Origin: an uncultured Lentisphaerales bacterium
GTDB taxonomy: Bacteria > Verrucomicrobiota > Lentisphaeria > JABSQK01 > UBA12247
Length of the DNA stretch: 64,000 bases
NCBI GenBank assembly: GCA_943788985.1
Contig: CALSSJ010000017.1
Location: 128,001 to 192,000 of the forward strand
Direction of reading: 5' to 3'
The notes beneath the pieces were generated by a model, which worked only from the letters and a program-made list of their open reading frames with translations, searched no databases and was not told the DNA's origin. Shown piece after piece: positions 40,430 through 50,673 of the stretch (position 1 is the stretch's first letter; each line of letters begins with the position of its first letter). The position numbers and the translations under genes were made by a program.

Positions 40430-41491
40430 CTACTTCTGCCGCTTGGTCGCAATAATTTTAATGCCCATCGGCTTCTCCAGCTTGATCTGATGCCCGGTTG
40501 GCTGGGCTACGCCCGTCTCAGGATTCAGCTTAAAGACAACAACGTTGTTGGTGTCGCGATTGGATACCAACATGAAACGCCCGGAGCTGTCGATCGTGAA
40601 GTAGCGGGGATGTTCCCCGCCAGTGGACACAATCGCCTCGCGTGTCAACTCACCGTTCTCGGGATTGACCCGAAAGCAGGCCAGGCTATCATGCCCGCGA
40701 TTGGTCCCATATAGGAACCGCAGGTCCGGTGAGAAGGCGACCTCTGCAGTCGTATTCTTGCCGCTGAAGTCAGCTGGCAGCGTAGCAACGGTCTGCCGGT
40801 GTGTGAGGGCGCCGTCGCTAAAGTCAAACAGACTGACCGTGCCGCCAAGCTCGTTGATCACATAGACCCACTTTCCAGCGGGATGACAGACTAAATGCCG
40901 CGGCCCCGCGCCAGGTGCAGACGGGGTCGAGCCAGCGGCGGTCAGGACTTTGGTCAAAGGATCAAGCGCACAGATCCTGATCGCATCGCCGCTAAAATCA
41001 CAGACCAGCGCGAACTTTTCGGAAGAGTCCGCGTTGATCGAATGCAGATGCGGCTTGTTCTGCCGCTGCGGGTCGACGTTGCTCGCCTGATCATAGGTCA
41101 ATACGGTGGCGGGCGCGCAGATTCGGCCGTCGGGCTGGAGTGGAAACGATACTGCTTTTGCATGCCCGTAATCCGCGCCGAGGAGGACGGAGCCGTCCAA
41201 GGCCGTAGTGATGTGACAGAGGGACATCTCCGACACCACTTGGCGATTGATCAAGGAAAGTGTCCCAGCCTCCGGGCCGATCGTAAATGCCGCCACGGTA
41301 CTCGACTTGCCGCCGGTCGCGTAAAGTACGCGATCCTCCGGGCCCGTCGCGAGAAATGCTGGTCTCTCGGTGGCTGCTGCCAACTCGGGAGCAGACAGCT
41401 GCCCCGTCTCCAAATTCAGGCGGCTCAGGTAGATGCCTTCGTTGCTCCCAACGATTGCGGTTCCAATGTAGACGAGTGCTTCCAGCAGCAT
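40430..41491 (-). CDS. pgl: 6-phosphogluconolactonase family beta-propeller
   Basis: VYIGT, RQNKPHLHS, GAGPRHL, YVINEL, FLYGTNRGHDS, GGEHPR. Confidence 0.9.
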   Translation of the reverse strand: MLLEALVYIGTAIVGSNEGIYLSRLNLETGQLSAPELAAATERPAFLATGPEDRVLYATGGKSSTVAAFTIGPEAGTLSLINRQVVSEMSLCHITTALDGSVLLGADYGHAKAVSFPLQPDGRICAPATVLTYDQASNVDPQRQNKPHLHSINADSSEKFALVCDFSGDAIRICALDPLTKVLTAAGSTPSAPGAGPRHLVCHPAGKWVYVINELGGTVSLFDFSDGALTHRQTVATLPADFSGKNTTAEVAFSPDLRFLYGTNRGHDSLACFRVNPENGELTREAIVSTGGEHPRYFTIDSSGRFMLVSNRDTNNVVVFKLNPETGVAQPTGHQIKLEKPMGIKIIATKRQK

Positions 41492-41519
41492 GTGATTCTC
41501 CAGATTTTTGTGGGGTACC

Positions 41520-42309
41520 TCAGATCAACTCGCGAATGCGCCTCGCCAACGGGCAGATCACATCGCGGTCATCCCAATATCCTCCATGGCTCCACAGATT
41601 CCAGTTCGTGAGGCTCCCACCGGCATTCACCGGGTGGTCGTGAACGAACTCGTAGGACTGACCAAGCTGCCGCAAGGGCCAGCCCAGCACATCGTCCGGG
41701 TCGTAGTAATTATCCCAGCGCATCCCGTCGATGGGTTTAAAGCACTCGCGATCGGCAAGCCCACCCACAAAAATCGGGATATTGCAGCCGATTGTGGTGA
41801 ACTGCTTCAGAGACCGCAGCCGCAGAAATGGCTTACTATCATCCTCCCAACCGTCAAAACTATGATTTCCCATCTGCGCATCCCACAGGTAGTTTGAGAT
41901 AACCTGTGCGCCGAGCGAATGCGCAATAATCACGACTGGTTTGCTCTCGTCTCCGCCCAGTGCCACCAAGGCCTGGCTCAGACCGGCCTGGATTTGCTGT
42001 TGGACCAGAAGGTAGCGGTCGTCCTCGGCGCGATTTGCGCTGTGCTCCAAGGTGGCTGCATCAGAAAGGAAATACAGGAGGAACCGTCGCAACCTAGTCG
42101 CGTCCAAGATCGTTTGTGGACTCCGCACGCATCGCGTCCCACAGCGCCCGCTGTGGTCCCTGCAGTACCTCAGCATATGTCACGGAATGGAACGCAACGC
42201 GCTCCCAGTCGGCCGCGAGCTCTCGCTTGATCGCAGCCTCAAATTCATCATAGTACCCAGCATCCACCTCGCCCATGCCGTGGAGGGTCAGCAACGCGAC
42301 TTCCTTCAT
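41520..42309 (-). CDS. Alpha/beta hydrolase-fold protein (+1 frameshift near 42104-42107)
   Basis: LLTLHGMG..NDL joins DATRLRRFLLYFLSDA; IIAHSLG nucleophile elbow; WDNYYDPDDVLGWPL; SHGGYW. Confidence 0.8.
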
Positions 42310-42481
42310 CACACTCCCCCTGTCCTGCTTATTCAAGCATACATCATATCGCAGAGGCTAGCTCAGGTCAAGACGCACTGAGCCCAGAGACTTTCGGCTC
42401 ACATGCAAAAAACGCCACAGCCAGCCAGACAGCCATTGCGCGTCCAGCGCAAGCGCTCACATTACCCGCTTGCCGGCGAGT

Positions 42482-42558
42482 CGGGATGTGGCGCAGCTTG
42501 GTAGCGCGTTTGACTGGGGGTCAAAAGGCCGCAGGTTCGAATCCTGTCATCCCGACCA
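42482..42558 (+). tRNA. tRNA-Pro(GGG)
   Basis: CGGGATG/CATCCCG acceptor, anticodon arm TTTGA-CTGGGGG-TCAAA, GGTTCGAATCC, encoded CCA. Confidence 0.97.
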
Positions 42559-42670
42559 ATTTAAGCTCTGGCCCGAGCGCGGCGTTCACCCTCCTCCCAA
42601 CCGGCATGCGTTCGCTTCTGCCTGCCAGTCAGCGCTCCCAGCCAGGCACCACAAACGAGAACATCTTGCC

Positions 42671-43276
42671 ATGAATACGATCTCTGCCATTCAAGCCCGC
42701 AGGAGCGTGAAGCACTACGACGCAACCCACTCCATGTCTGCCGAGGAAACTGGGCAACTACTGTCGCTGGCAATGCTGTCACCGACAGCATTCAATATTC
42801 AGAACTGGCGCTTTGTGGTCGTCCGCGATTCTGCGCTGCGGCAGCAGATCCGGGAAGTGGCATGGGACCAGGCCCAGGTCACCGACGCGTCTTTGCTGAT
42901 TTTGCTCTGCGCCGATCTTAAGAGCTGGGAGCACGAGCCAGCTCGTTATTGGCGCGATGCACCGCAAGAGGTGCAGGATATTCTGGTGCCGGCGATCGAC
43001 CAATACTACCGCGGCCAGGACCAAGTCGAGCGCGACGAAGCTATGCGCTCCTGCGGTATTGCCGCGCAGACACTGATGCTGGCGGCCAAGGCCATGGGCT
43101 ACGATTCCTGTCCCATGGATGGCTTTGACTTTGAGGCTGTCGGGAAGCTCATCAATCTGCCCAAGGATCACGTGATCACGATGTTTGTCGCGATCGGCAA
43201 GGGGACCAAAGACCCGTGGCCTCGCCCCGGGCAATTACCACAGAGCGAGGTCGTGATTCAAGACCGTTTCGCATAA
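42671..43276 (+). CDS. Nitroreductase family protein
   Basis: AIQARRSVKHY, SPTAFNIQNWRFVVV, LMLAAKAMGYDSCPMDGFD. Confidence 0.95.
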   Translation: MNTISAIQARRSVKHYDATHSMSAEETGQLLSLAMLSPTAFNIQNWRFVVVRDSALRQQIREVAWDQAQVTDASLLILLCADLKSWEHEPARYWRDAPQEVQDILVPAIDQYYRGQDQVERDEAMRSCGIAAQTLMLAAKAMGYDSCPMDGFDFEAVGKLINLPKDHVITMFVAIGKGTKDPWPRPGQLPQSEVVIQDRFA

Positions 43277-43325
43277 CGGCCCAGTCTGGCGTTTCAGCGC
43301 TGCTGGAGCAAGCGCCCTACGTCCC

Positions 43326-43778
43326 TCAGCCCTCGCCTGCCGGTTTTTCAAACCCAGAGATCTTGCGGACGCGGCGCTCATGGCGCCCACCTTCGAACTC
43401 TGTCGAAAGCCAGATATCCATAATTTTCTGCGCGGCTTCTTCCGCGGTGTACTTCTGTGACAGGCAGAGCACGTTCGAGTCGTTGTGCTGGCGGGTTAAC
43501 CGAGCCATCTCTACATTCAGGCAGAGTGAAGCACGCACGCCTGAAAACTTATTGGCTGTGATGCTTACCCCGACACCCGTCGTACAGATCGCAATGCCCC
43601 GTTCCGCGGTACCTTCGGAGACCTTCTTGGCAACAGCAGCTGCGTAGTCCGGGTAATCGACGGATGCCTCGGAGTCACAGCCGACGTCTTCCAATTCGAT
43701 ACCGCGTGTTTTTAGATCAGCGATAAGATGAGTTTTTAGGGCAAAGCCCCCATGATCTGATCCAATGGCAAGTTTCAT
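43326..43778 (-). CDS. rpiB: Ribose-5-phosphate isomerase B
   Basis: IGSDHGG, SVDYPD, CTTGVG, ANK..GVRA, RQHNDSNVL, FEGGRHERRV. Confidence 0.97.
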   Translation of the reverse strand: MKLAIGSDHGGFALKTHLIADLKTRGIELEDVGCDSEASVDYPDYAAAVAKKVSEGTAERGIAICTTGVGVSITANKFSGVRASLCLNVEMARLTRQHNDSNVLCLSQKYTAEEAAQKIMDIWLSTEFEGGRHERRVRKISGFEKPAGEG

Positions 43779-44027
43779 GCTGTAATTTTGTCTCCAAAAA
43801 AAGGTCAAGTTCGATGCCGGGCACGCTCCAAGCGAGCCGCGGCTATGATGGGCGGCCTATATCATACAGCCGCCCTCATTTTGTACGACAGCCGTTCTCG
43901 AGGAATCCTTACGCTCAGCAGAGCATTTGCAGGTAGCAGGTACGATTCCACCTCGCATAGTGGTGTGAGTAATTCAGCCGCAGACGTGAAAACCAGTGCT
44001 GTAACTACGGCTGGAGCAGGGCGGGCA

Positions 44028-44321
44028 ATGAGAGCGTGAGTACAATCCCGCAGAGTTTCATTTACTCTGAGCGAGCTGCTGGTTCGCATTGCCATCAGCG
44101 GCATTCTTGCGGCGCTGCTACTTCCTGTGCTGGCCAAGGCCCGGGAGAAGGGACGCGTTACAACCTGTGCCAACAACATGCGGCAGCTTGGTCTGGGAAT
44201 AGCCATGTACCTCGACGATTTCGACGGAAGGTCCCCCGCGAACTGGAATGACGGTGCGCATCAGATCACCTGGGATGACTTACTTTCAGGGTACGACAGA
44301 CGCGAGCAGTTCGGGGCCTAG
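44028..44321 (+). pseudogene. Prepilin-type N-terminal cleavage / DUF1559-like remnant
   Basis: [63 protein letters not shown]; premature stops. Confidence 0.85.
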
Positions 44322-44359
44322 CGATTGACTGGAACAGCCGTCACGAACGCGCCGTCAGC

Positions 44360-44710
44360 CCGATCATGTGGTCGCAGTACACGCTGAGCAACGGCACGTT
44401 CAAACCACAGGCCCAGATGGTACCGCTGGAAGAAAGCCACTCGCAAGAGGTGCCGCTCCACTTGAAGCAGAACGGAAAGTGGCAGCAAATCCCGAAGACG
44501 ACCATCGATTCTAAACCGGTCGCTCGTGGCATCGAGGTCCACCCCGCGCACATGGCACACGCGGGTGCGAGCCTTGCCATTCTCGAAGACCGTGAGTTCA
44601 AGAGCAATCCCGACATCGTCACGAAGGGCACCAAGATGAGGTCGCTACGAGACGCGGATGTGCTGGGCGCCACGCAACTGGGCGATTGCCAGCTTGCCGT
44701 TTTGGGTACC
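44360..44710 (+). pseudogene. Fragments of a PhoD-like phosphatase gene
   Basis: IMWSQYTLSNG..AQMVPL and SLAILEDREFKS...DADVLGATQL resemble distant segments of PVC PhoD-type proteins (recalled, not searched). Confidence 0.5.
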
Positions 44711-44725
44711 GGCTGCGCGGTCAGC

Positions 44726-45110
44726 TTACCCCAACGCCAAATCCTTGCCGAAAAACCCCGTGAAGTAGCCAGCCTTGCGCATCAACACGGGACACGACTT
44801 CGAAAAGATCAACGGGCTCATCTGCCCATGCTCGAAGTTGGTCCCCGTCCGGTACTCGTACAGGCCAGTCACGATATTGGCCCGGCTCGCCGTGCAGATC
44901 GGCGTCGTGTCATAATGGCGATTCAGCACCATCCCATCAGCAGCCAGTCGATCCATTTCCGGCGTCATAGCCACCGAGCGGACTTGGGATGGCGAGAACG
45001 ACCAAATCGGCGTCACCGATATCTGCGCTACGCCCTAACCCAAGCTCATCGCGGCCAGTCATGCCATCGGCAAAAAAGCTCTCTGAGCGTCTCGCAGCAT
45101 CGGTGCCCAG
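44726..45110 (-). pseudogene. Sulfatase N-terminal remnant
   Basis: [32 protein letters not shown] (CxxSR) ... [10 protein letters not shown]; truncated. Confidence 0.85.
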
Positions 45111-45236
45111 TCGGCGTAGTAAGAAATCATGCGACGCACACCGCAATCCTCATGCGTCGGCGTGCAAGGCACGTCGGATGCAGTATTATTGGTTTTTCAC
45201 TGCCAAGGGCCGTAACAGCTCGAGAAGGATGCCCGT

Positions 45237-46856
45237 ATGACACAAGATTCGAATAAAAGCCCAGAACAGAACCGGGCCACCGAGCTTCTCCAGGAAGCCC
45301 AGCGGAAAGGCGGAATCACTAAGTTTCTGACTTATGCACGTCTGTCCGGCCCTGGCTGGCTGCAGGGCGCCATCACACTCGGCGGCGGCTCGCTCGCCGG
45401 GTCACTCTATCTTGGCGTAATCGCTGGCTATGGCCTGCTTTGGCTCCAGCCTCTGGCCATGATCTGCGGCATCATCATGCTCTCCGCCATCGCCTACGTC
45501 ACCCTCTCCACCGAGAAAGCCCCCTTTGGCCTGGTGAACCAGCACCTCTCGCCGGCCTTGGGCTGGGCCTGGTTAATCGCGACCGTCATGGCAAACATCG
45601 TCTGGTGCATGCCACAGTTCAATCTGGCTCGCGCCGCTGTCCAGCAAAACCTGCTGCCGTCCGTCGGAGAAGGCACCGGCTCAACTCTACTAATTTGCAT
45701 CGTCTTGCTGGTCGTCGCCTTCGGAGCCAACGTGCTCTATGAGTCAGATGGCAAAGGCGTCAAGTGGTTCGACCGCATCATCAAATGCCTGGTCGCGCTC
45801 ATCGTTCTGTCGTTCTTTGCTGTGGTCGGCACGCTCATCTCGGCCGACGTCCTCAATCTGGGCGAAGTACTTGGGAAGTTGATCCCCGATCCCACGCTAC
45901 TCTTCAAGCCAGCCGCGAGCTACGCCGCCATCATCGCACAATCCACCCAACCAGACTGGTGGACCGCCAAAATTCTGTCCGATCAGCGTGACATCATCAT
46001 CACCGCGTTTGGCACCGCAGTTGGGATCAACATGACCTGGCTGCTGCCATACTCCCTGCTAAGAAAGCGCTGGGGCCGCGTCCAACGTGGCCTCTCGATC
46101 TTCGACCTATCCGTCGGATTGTTCATTCCGTTCTTCCTGGCCACCACCTGCGTGGTCCTAGCCGCCGCGTCCCAGTTTCATGCCAAGACCGGCGACGTGC
46201 CTCCAGGCGCTGGTGACAAGACCATTGCCATGCTCGCTACTGCCCACCCCGGAGCCACCAATGCTGCCGACCAAGAACTAGCACTGATGCTGGTCAAGCG
46301 CGACAACTTCCAGCTCGCGACCAGCCTCGAGCCACTCGCCGGAAAAGTCGTCTCCCAGACCATCTTTGGACTCGGCGTACTTGGCATGGCTTTATCCACC
46401 ATCATCATCCTCATGCTGATGAATGGGCTCGCCTTCCAGGAGCTTCTCGGCAAGCCAGGAGACAAAACCGCCCACTACATCGGCTGCACGGTCTCAGGTC
46501 TCGCCGGCCTGGCCGGGCCGTTCATCTGGACCGGAGCCTCCAAAGCAGCACTCGCCATCCCGACCTCCGTGATCGGCGGCTCCCTCATTCCCATCGCCTA
46601 CTTTACCTTTCTCCTGATGATGAACTCCAAAAAGGTTCTTGGTGACCAGCGCCCCGAGGGCACAGCCCGCCTGATCTGGAACGTGCTGATGACCTTTGCC
46701 ACGGGCATCGCCACCTTTGGCTCCGTCTGGGTCCTCTCCGGCAAGGCGCACTTCAATGATTGGAAAGGCATGATCCCTGCCGCCGGCATAGCCTTGCTGA
46801 TTGTGCTCTTCGTCATCGGCACCATCGCCTTCATAAAGAGCGAGCGCGAAGCATGA
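45237..46856 (+). CDS. NRAMP-related (APC fold) membrane transporter
   Basis: SGPGWLQGAITLGGGS, G..GYGLLW, TAVGINMT..PYS; about 12-13 hydrophobic segments. The canonical NRAMP DPGN motif is absent. Confidence 0.75.
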   Translation: MTQDSNKSPEQNRATELLQEAQRKGGITKFLTYARLSGPGWLQGAITLGGGSLAGSLYLGVIAGYGLLWLQPLAMICGIIMLSAIAYVTLSTEKAPFGLVNQHLSPALGWAWLIATVMANIVWCMPQFNLARAAVQQNLLPSVGEGTGSTLLICIVLLVVAFGANVLYESDGKGVKWFDRIIKCLVALIVLSFFAVVGTLISADVLNLGEVLGKLIPDPTLLFKPAASYAAIIAQSTQPDWWTAKILSDQRDIIITAFGTAVGINMTWLLPYSLLRKRWGRVQRGLSIFDLSVGLFIPFFLATTCVVLAAASQFHAKTGDVPPGAGDKTIAMLATAHPGATNAADQELALMLVKRDNFQLATSLEPLAGKVVSQTIFGLGVLGMALSTIIILMLMNGLAFQELLGKPGDKTAHYIGCTVSGLAGLAGPFIWTGASKAALAIPTSVIGGSLIPIAYFTFLLMMNSKKVLGDQRPEGTARLIWNVLMTFATGIATFGSVWVLSGKAHFNDWKGMIPAAGIALLIVLFVIGTIAFIKSEREA

Positions 46857-47899
46857 GATTTGGAATCATTGGTGCGGGCGCGATCGGAGCCATACACGCA
46901 GAAGCCATCGCTGCCATGACTGGAGGCGAACTGATTGGCGTCGCCGGCCGCAGTGCGGAGAGGGCAGTCGCATTCGCCGAGAAGCACGGCATTCGCGGTT
47001 TCCAGACCGTCGCTGAGCTGCTCGCCTGTGCGGACGTGGATATCGTCACCATCGCTACTCCATCCGGCGCGCACTTCGAGCCATCCATGGCCGCGATCAA
47101 AGCGGGCAAGCACGTCCTCATCGAAAAGCCGCTCGAGATCACCATCGAGCGCATCGACACCATGATCGCAGCCGCCGCCAAGCATGGCGTCACCCTAGCC
47201 GCCATCCTTAATCGACGGTTCACCCCTGCCACCAGCGCAGCCAAAAAAGCAGCAGATGCCGGGCGTTTCGGCAAACTCACCTCAGCCTCGGTCTACGTAA
47301 AGTGGTACCGTTCCCAAGCCTATTACGACTCCGCGGCCTGGCGCGGCACTTGGGCACTCGACGGCGGCGGCGCGCTTATGAACCAATCCATTCATGGCAT
47401 CGACCAGCTCCTTCATCTAGCCGGGCCAGTCGACTCGGTCCAGGCCCACACCGCCTGTATCGCCCACCAGAACATTGAAGTCGAGGACTTGGCCGTCGCC
47501 ACCCTCAAGTTCAGGAGTGGCGCCCTTGGCGTCGTCGAAGGCACCACCTGCGCCTGGTCTACGCATGGCCATCCCGCACGCATCCAGTTGGGAGGCACCG
47601 AAGGCTCCGTCTTTCTTGCAGATGACACGCTCGAGGCCTGGACCTTCATGCATGAGCAGCCCGAAGACGCCGAGATTCGCGAGGCTCTGCTCACCGGCCG
47701 CGCTGCCGGAATCGGCGCCGCCGAACCCGGTGCCATCGATAGCGACCAGCACCGGCAGAACTTCGAACACGTCGTCCAAGCCATCGATGAGGGCCGCATG
47801 CCCGCCACATCCGGGGCAGAAGCCCGCAAGGCCGTCGCCCTGATTTGCGCCATCTACGAGTCCGCCCGCAACGGCGGCAGTACCGTCACCATATCCTAA
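46853..47899 (+). CDS. Gfo/Idh/MocA family oxidoreductase
   Basis: FGIIGAGAIG, HVLIEKPL, WRGTWALDGGGALMNQSIH. Confidence 0.95.
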   Translation: MRFGIIGAGAIGAIHAEAIAAMTGGELIGVAGRSAERAVAFAEKHGIRGFQTVAELLACADVDIVTIATPSGAHFEPSMAAIKAGKHVLIEKPLEITIERIDTMIAAAAKHGVTLAAILNRRFTPATSAAKKAADAGRFGKLTSASVYVKWYRSQAYYDSAAWRGTWALDGGGALMNQSIHGIDQLLHLAGPVDSVQAHTACIAHQNIEVEDLAVATLKFRSGALGVVEGTTCAWSTHGHPARIQLGGTEGSVFLADDTLEAWTFMHEQPEDAEIREALLTGRAAGIGAAEPGAIDSDQHRQNFEHVVQAIDEGRMPATSGAEARKAVALICAIYESARNGGSTVTIS

Positions 47900-47910
47900 C
47901 AGGCTCCTAC

Positions 47911-48888
47911 ATGGCTGAAACCACAGTCTGCGTCGCTGGAGCCTCCGGTCTCGTCGGCGCGAACATCACCGCTCGCCTGCTTGCTGGCGGCTATCAGGTC
48001 CACGGCACCATGCGCGATCCGCAAGCACAGGACAAGGCCAGCTATCTCCAAGCCTTGTCCAGTGCCGAGTGCCTCTCTCTCTACCAAGCGGAAATGGCTA
48101 AAAACGGCTCGTTCGACGAGGCGCTAGTTGGCGCAGACTGCGTCTTTGTCGCCTGCCTCATCCCGACCTACTTTGCGCCCGACGGCACACCGGCCCGCGA
48201 GCTTGACGATGCCCGCGGCTATCCTGAGATCATCATGCCCACCGTAAATGGCTGCCTAAACATTTTGCGAAGTGCCCACCGTTGCGGAGTTCGCAACGTC
48301 GTCATCTGCAGCAGCACCAGCAGCACCAATCCACTCCCTGCCCCCGAAATCAAGAACGAGCTCGATCATTGGTCCGACGCCGATCAGCAGTGCAACGCCA
48401 AGAAGTACACCTCCGCAGCCAAAACCGTGATGGAAGAAGCAGCCATGGCCTTTACCGAGGAGCATGGGATGCGGCTTTGTACCTTTCTGCCAAGCATGAT
48501 CGCTGGCCCGCCGCTGCTGCCCAGCCACCTCCAGCCCGGTCTCATGAAACTGCTACGGGGCGAGCGCTGGCACGAGCGCATGCCGAACGACTCGATGTCC
48601 ATGATCGACGTCCGCGACCTCGCTGCGCTCATGGTTGCGGCTTATGAAAATCCAGAAGCCTCCGGCCGCTACTTTGGCGTTCGCGAAAGCTGGCACTGGC
48701 AGGACATCTACGCCGAGCTGGCCCGCCAGCTCCCAGACGCCCCGATGCCCGAGCGACTATCCGAGCCAGCGGTCCCCGCAACCAAATTCGATCACACCCG
48801 TACTCTCAGCCTGGGCGTCCCCCTTCGGGACATACCCGCCATTCTCGCCGACACTATCGCCGCCTATCGCCCGACGCTCTCCGGCTGA
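47911..48888 (+). CDS. Extended SDR NAD(P)-dependent epimerase/reductase (DFR/CCR-like)
   Basis: VCVAGASGLVG, VHGTMRDP, SST, IDVRDLA, ASGRY. Confidence 0.9.
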   Translation: MAETTVCVAGASGLVGANITARLLAGGYQVHGTMRDPQAQDKASYLQALSSAECLSLYQAEMAKNGSFDEALVGADCVFVACLIPTYFAPDGTPARELDDARGYPEIIMPTVNGCLNILRSAHRCGVRNVVICSSTSSTNPLPAPEIKNELDHWSDADQQCNAKKYTSAAKTVMEEAAMAFTEEHGMRLCTFLPSMIAGPPLLPSHLQPGLMKLLRGERWHERMPNDSMSMIDVRDLAALMVAAYENPEASGRYFGVRESWHWQDIYAELARQLPDAPMPERLSEPAVPATKFDHTRTLSLGVPLRDIPAILADTIAAYRPTLSG

Positions 48889-48928
48889 ACTGCGCCGCGT
48901 GCTGATTTTACATACGCCTAAACAGCAG

Positions 48929-49140
48929 ATGAAGATGCACCATCAAACACCAATATTACTCGAGTACGTATTGGACCTGCCTGAGGAGGGACGTACGCCG
49001 CTGCTAAACGGCCTGTATCGATAGCTTTGAAACCTCTGCAAGACAAAGAGAGCGAGGCGGCACGCGTCGCCAAAGCAGAAAGTCGAATAGATGCTTACGA
49101 TGCGGGCACTATCAAGTCGATCTCAGAGAACAAGCATACG
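48929..49140 (+). pseudogene. Addiction-module antitoxin (Unstab_antitox-like), frameshifted
   Basis: LEYVLDLPEEGR..L..LY / QDKESEAARVAKAESRIDAYDAGTIKSIS. Confidence 0.7.
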
Positions 49141-49165
49141 CGCGGCTTGGCTTGCAGCCGCGAAC

Positions 49166-49440
49166 GTGAGGTATTCGGAAGTAGCGCTCGAGGAATGGGC
49201 TCAAGGCATAGCTCACTAAGATTCTTGCGAGATCGGTCTCGGAGACCGCTTTTCATCTGAGGTCAGGCACAGTTTAGAGCGCATCAAGACGTTCCCGACT
49301 GCATGGCCATTGGTTGGGGCCAGAACCCGGCGCTGTCTCGTATCGCATTTCTCATTCGGCGTATACTTTCGATTGCAGGAAGAAACGATTCTGGTGGGAT
49401 CCGAATTTGATCAGCGCAAGGCGCCTCGAGACTGTGGCAA
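49166..49440 (+). pseudogene. RelE/ParE family toxin with an in-frame stop at 49217-49219
   Basis: VRYSEVALEE..IAH*D..GLGDRFSSEVRHSLERIKTFPTAWP...RRCLVSHFSFGVYF...ILV. Confidence 0.8.
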
Positions 49441-49503
49441 TCCTGGTGAATCAAGCTTTGAGCTCCCAGTCAAGATAGGAAGCCCTAAAGTCATTCTACA
49501 GAC

Positions 49504-49528
49504 CTTCCGTTCCTTCTGACCTTCCTGT
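49504..49528. repeat. Pyrimidine-rich dispersed repeat family C, copy 2
   Basis: CTTCCGTTCCTTCTGACCTTCCTGT. Confidence 0.55.
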
Positions 49529-49562
49529 AAAAAAATCCTCGCGAGCAGCCCTTATACAGAAA

Positions 49563-49790
49563 GCTGGGATGGTCAAGGTTGGGCGTCTCAACCTTGACGC
49601 CTCTACCCCAGATAAACGCCTAGTCCTCGCGCATCAACTCACGCTAGCAGCCCAGCGTCCGAAAGTTCTGCTGGTCCGTGTGAATGATGCGTAGGTTGCG
49701 CTTGCTATTTTCTTCAGTTGTAGCCACGATACACAGCACAATGTCAGGCAACACCAAGAGCAGAACAGTGAATGCGCCTCGTCGGTTCAT
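49563..49790 (-). pseudogene. Sulfatase N-terminal remnant
   Basis: Signal-like peptide, then NLRIIHTDQQNFRTLGC*RELMRED*AFIWGRGVKVETPNLD; two in-frame stops. Confidence 0.75.
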
Positions 49791-49970
49791 GCAATCGTTC
49801 CTTTGGCAGTTGTGGGGATCTCCAAAGCAGACGATCCTCGCCAACATCCTACGGCGGACGCAGCAAAATTCCCGATTCGCAATCAGCTCACGGCTGGTTC
49901 ATCGGCGTGAGTGCCCGCTCGTTCGCCTGCGGCGCTGTGCCTCGCAAGCTCGGCGCTCGACCCTCGTCTC

Positions 49971-49995
49971 GGGTTCGATTCACGCCCTCTCCGCA
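49971..49995 (+). repeat. Inverted imperfect copy of the tRNA-Ser 3' end
   Basis: GGGTTCGATTCACGCCCTCTCCGCA against tRNA GGGTTCGAATCCCTCCCTCTCCGCC (21/25). Confidence 0.75.
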
Positions 49996-50007
49996 TTTCG
50001 CGGGCTC

Positions 50008-50100
<93 letters not shown>

Positions 50101-50230
50101 GCGGATCCCGCAGTCGCGGAAGCGCGTACCATACGAGAACGCGATAGACAATCAATTGGCCCACCAGGATTGTTGTCAGCTGCTTGCCGCGCTACTGTAC
50201 TGGTTATTCACTTAATCTGGAGAAGTTATT

Positions 50231-50671
50231 ATGGGTGTTCTCGGATGGATATTGGGCGTTGTCGCCCTAATCGCTGCAGCAAGCGTGGGGCTTACCGACG
50301 GTAGGAGCCTAGACCAAGTGCGACTTGAAGAGCGCTCAAAGTCCGATGCCGCATCAGCAAAGTATGCGAAGCAACTTGTTGACCTAAAGGCAAGAATCGC
50401 CGACGCCAACGAACAACTCGCTGAAGAGCAGGCCCTGCTGGCCGCAGATAAGAGCGATGTCACAGAGGCCGCTACCAGCAAAACTTCATTGATACAGGCA
50501 GTCGAATCGGTTTCTTCCGAAATAGAAAAGCTCGCAGAGGCGCGAGTTGATACCCGCAACACGGTCATCACACACGTGACTGACATCACCGAGATCAAGA
50601 AGGCACTCGCCAAGACGGAAGCTGAACTTAAAGAACTCAAGGCTGCCCTGCCAGCCTTAAGGCCGAGGTAA
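50231..50671 (+). CDS. Membrane-anchored coiled-coil protein
   Basis: N-terminal TM followed by an Ala/Glu/Lys heptad-like region. Confidence 0.75.
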   Translation: MGVLGWILGVVALIAAASVGLTDGRSLDQVRLEERSKSDAASAKYAKQLVDLKARIADANEQLAEEQALLAADKSDVTEAATSKTSLIQAVESVSSEIEKLAEARVDTRNTVITHVTDITEIKKALAKTEAELKELKAALPALRPR

Positions 50672-50673
50672 TC

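Noticed and set aside
44366..45256. 296-aa ORF as a real gene
   Set aside because: It is a chimera of PhoD-like fragments and the antisense of a sulfatase remnant.
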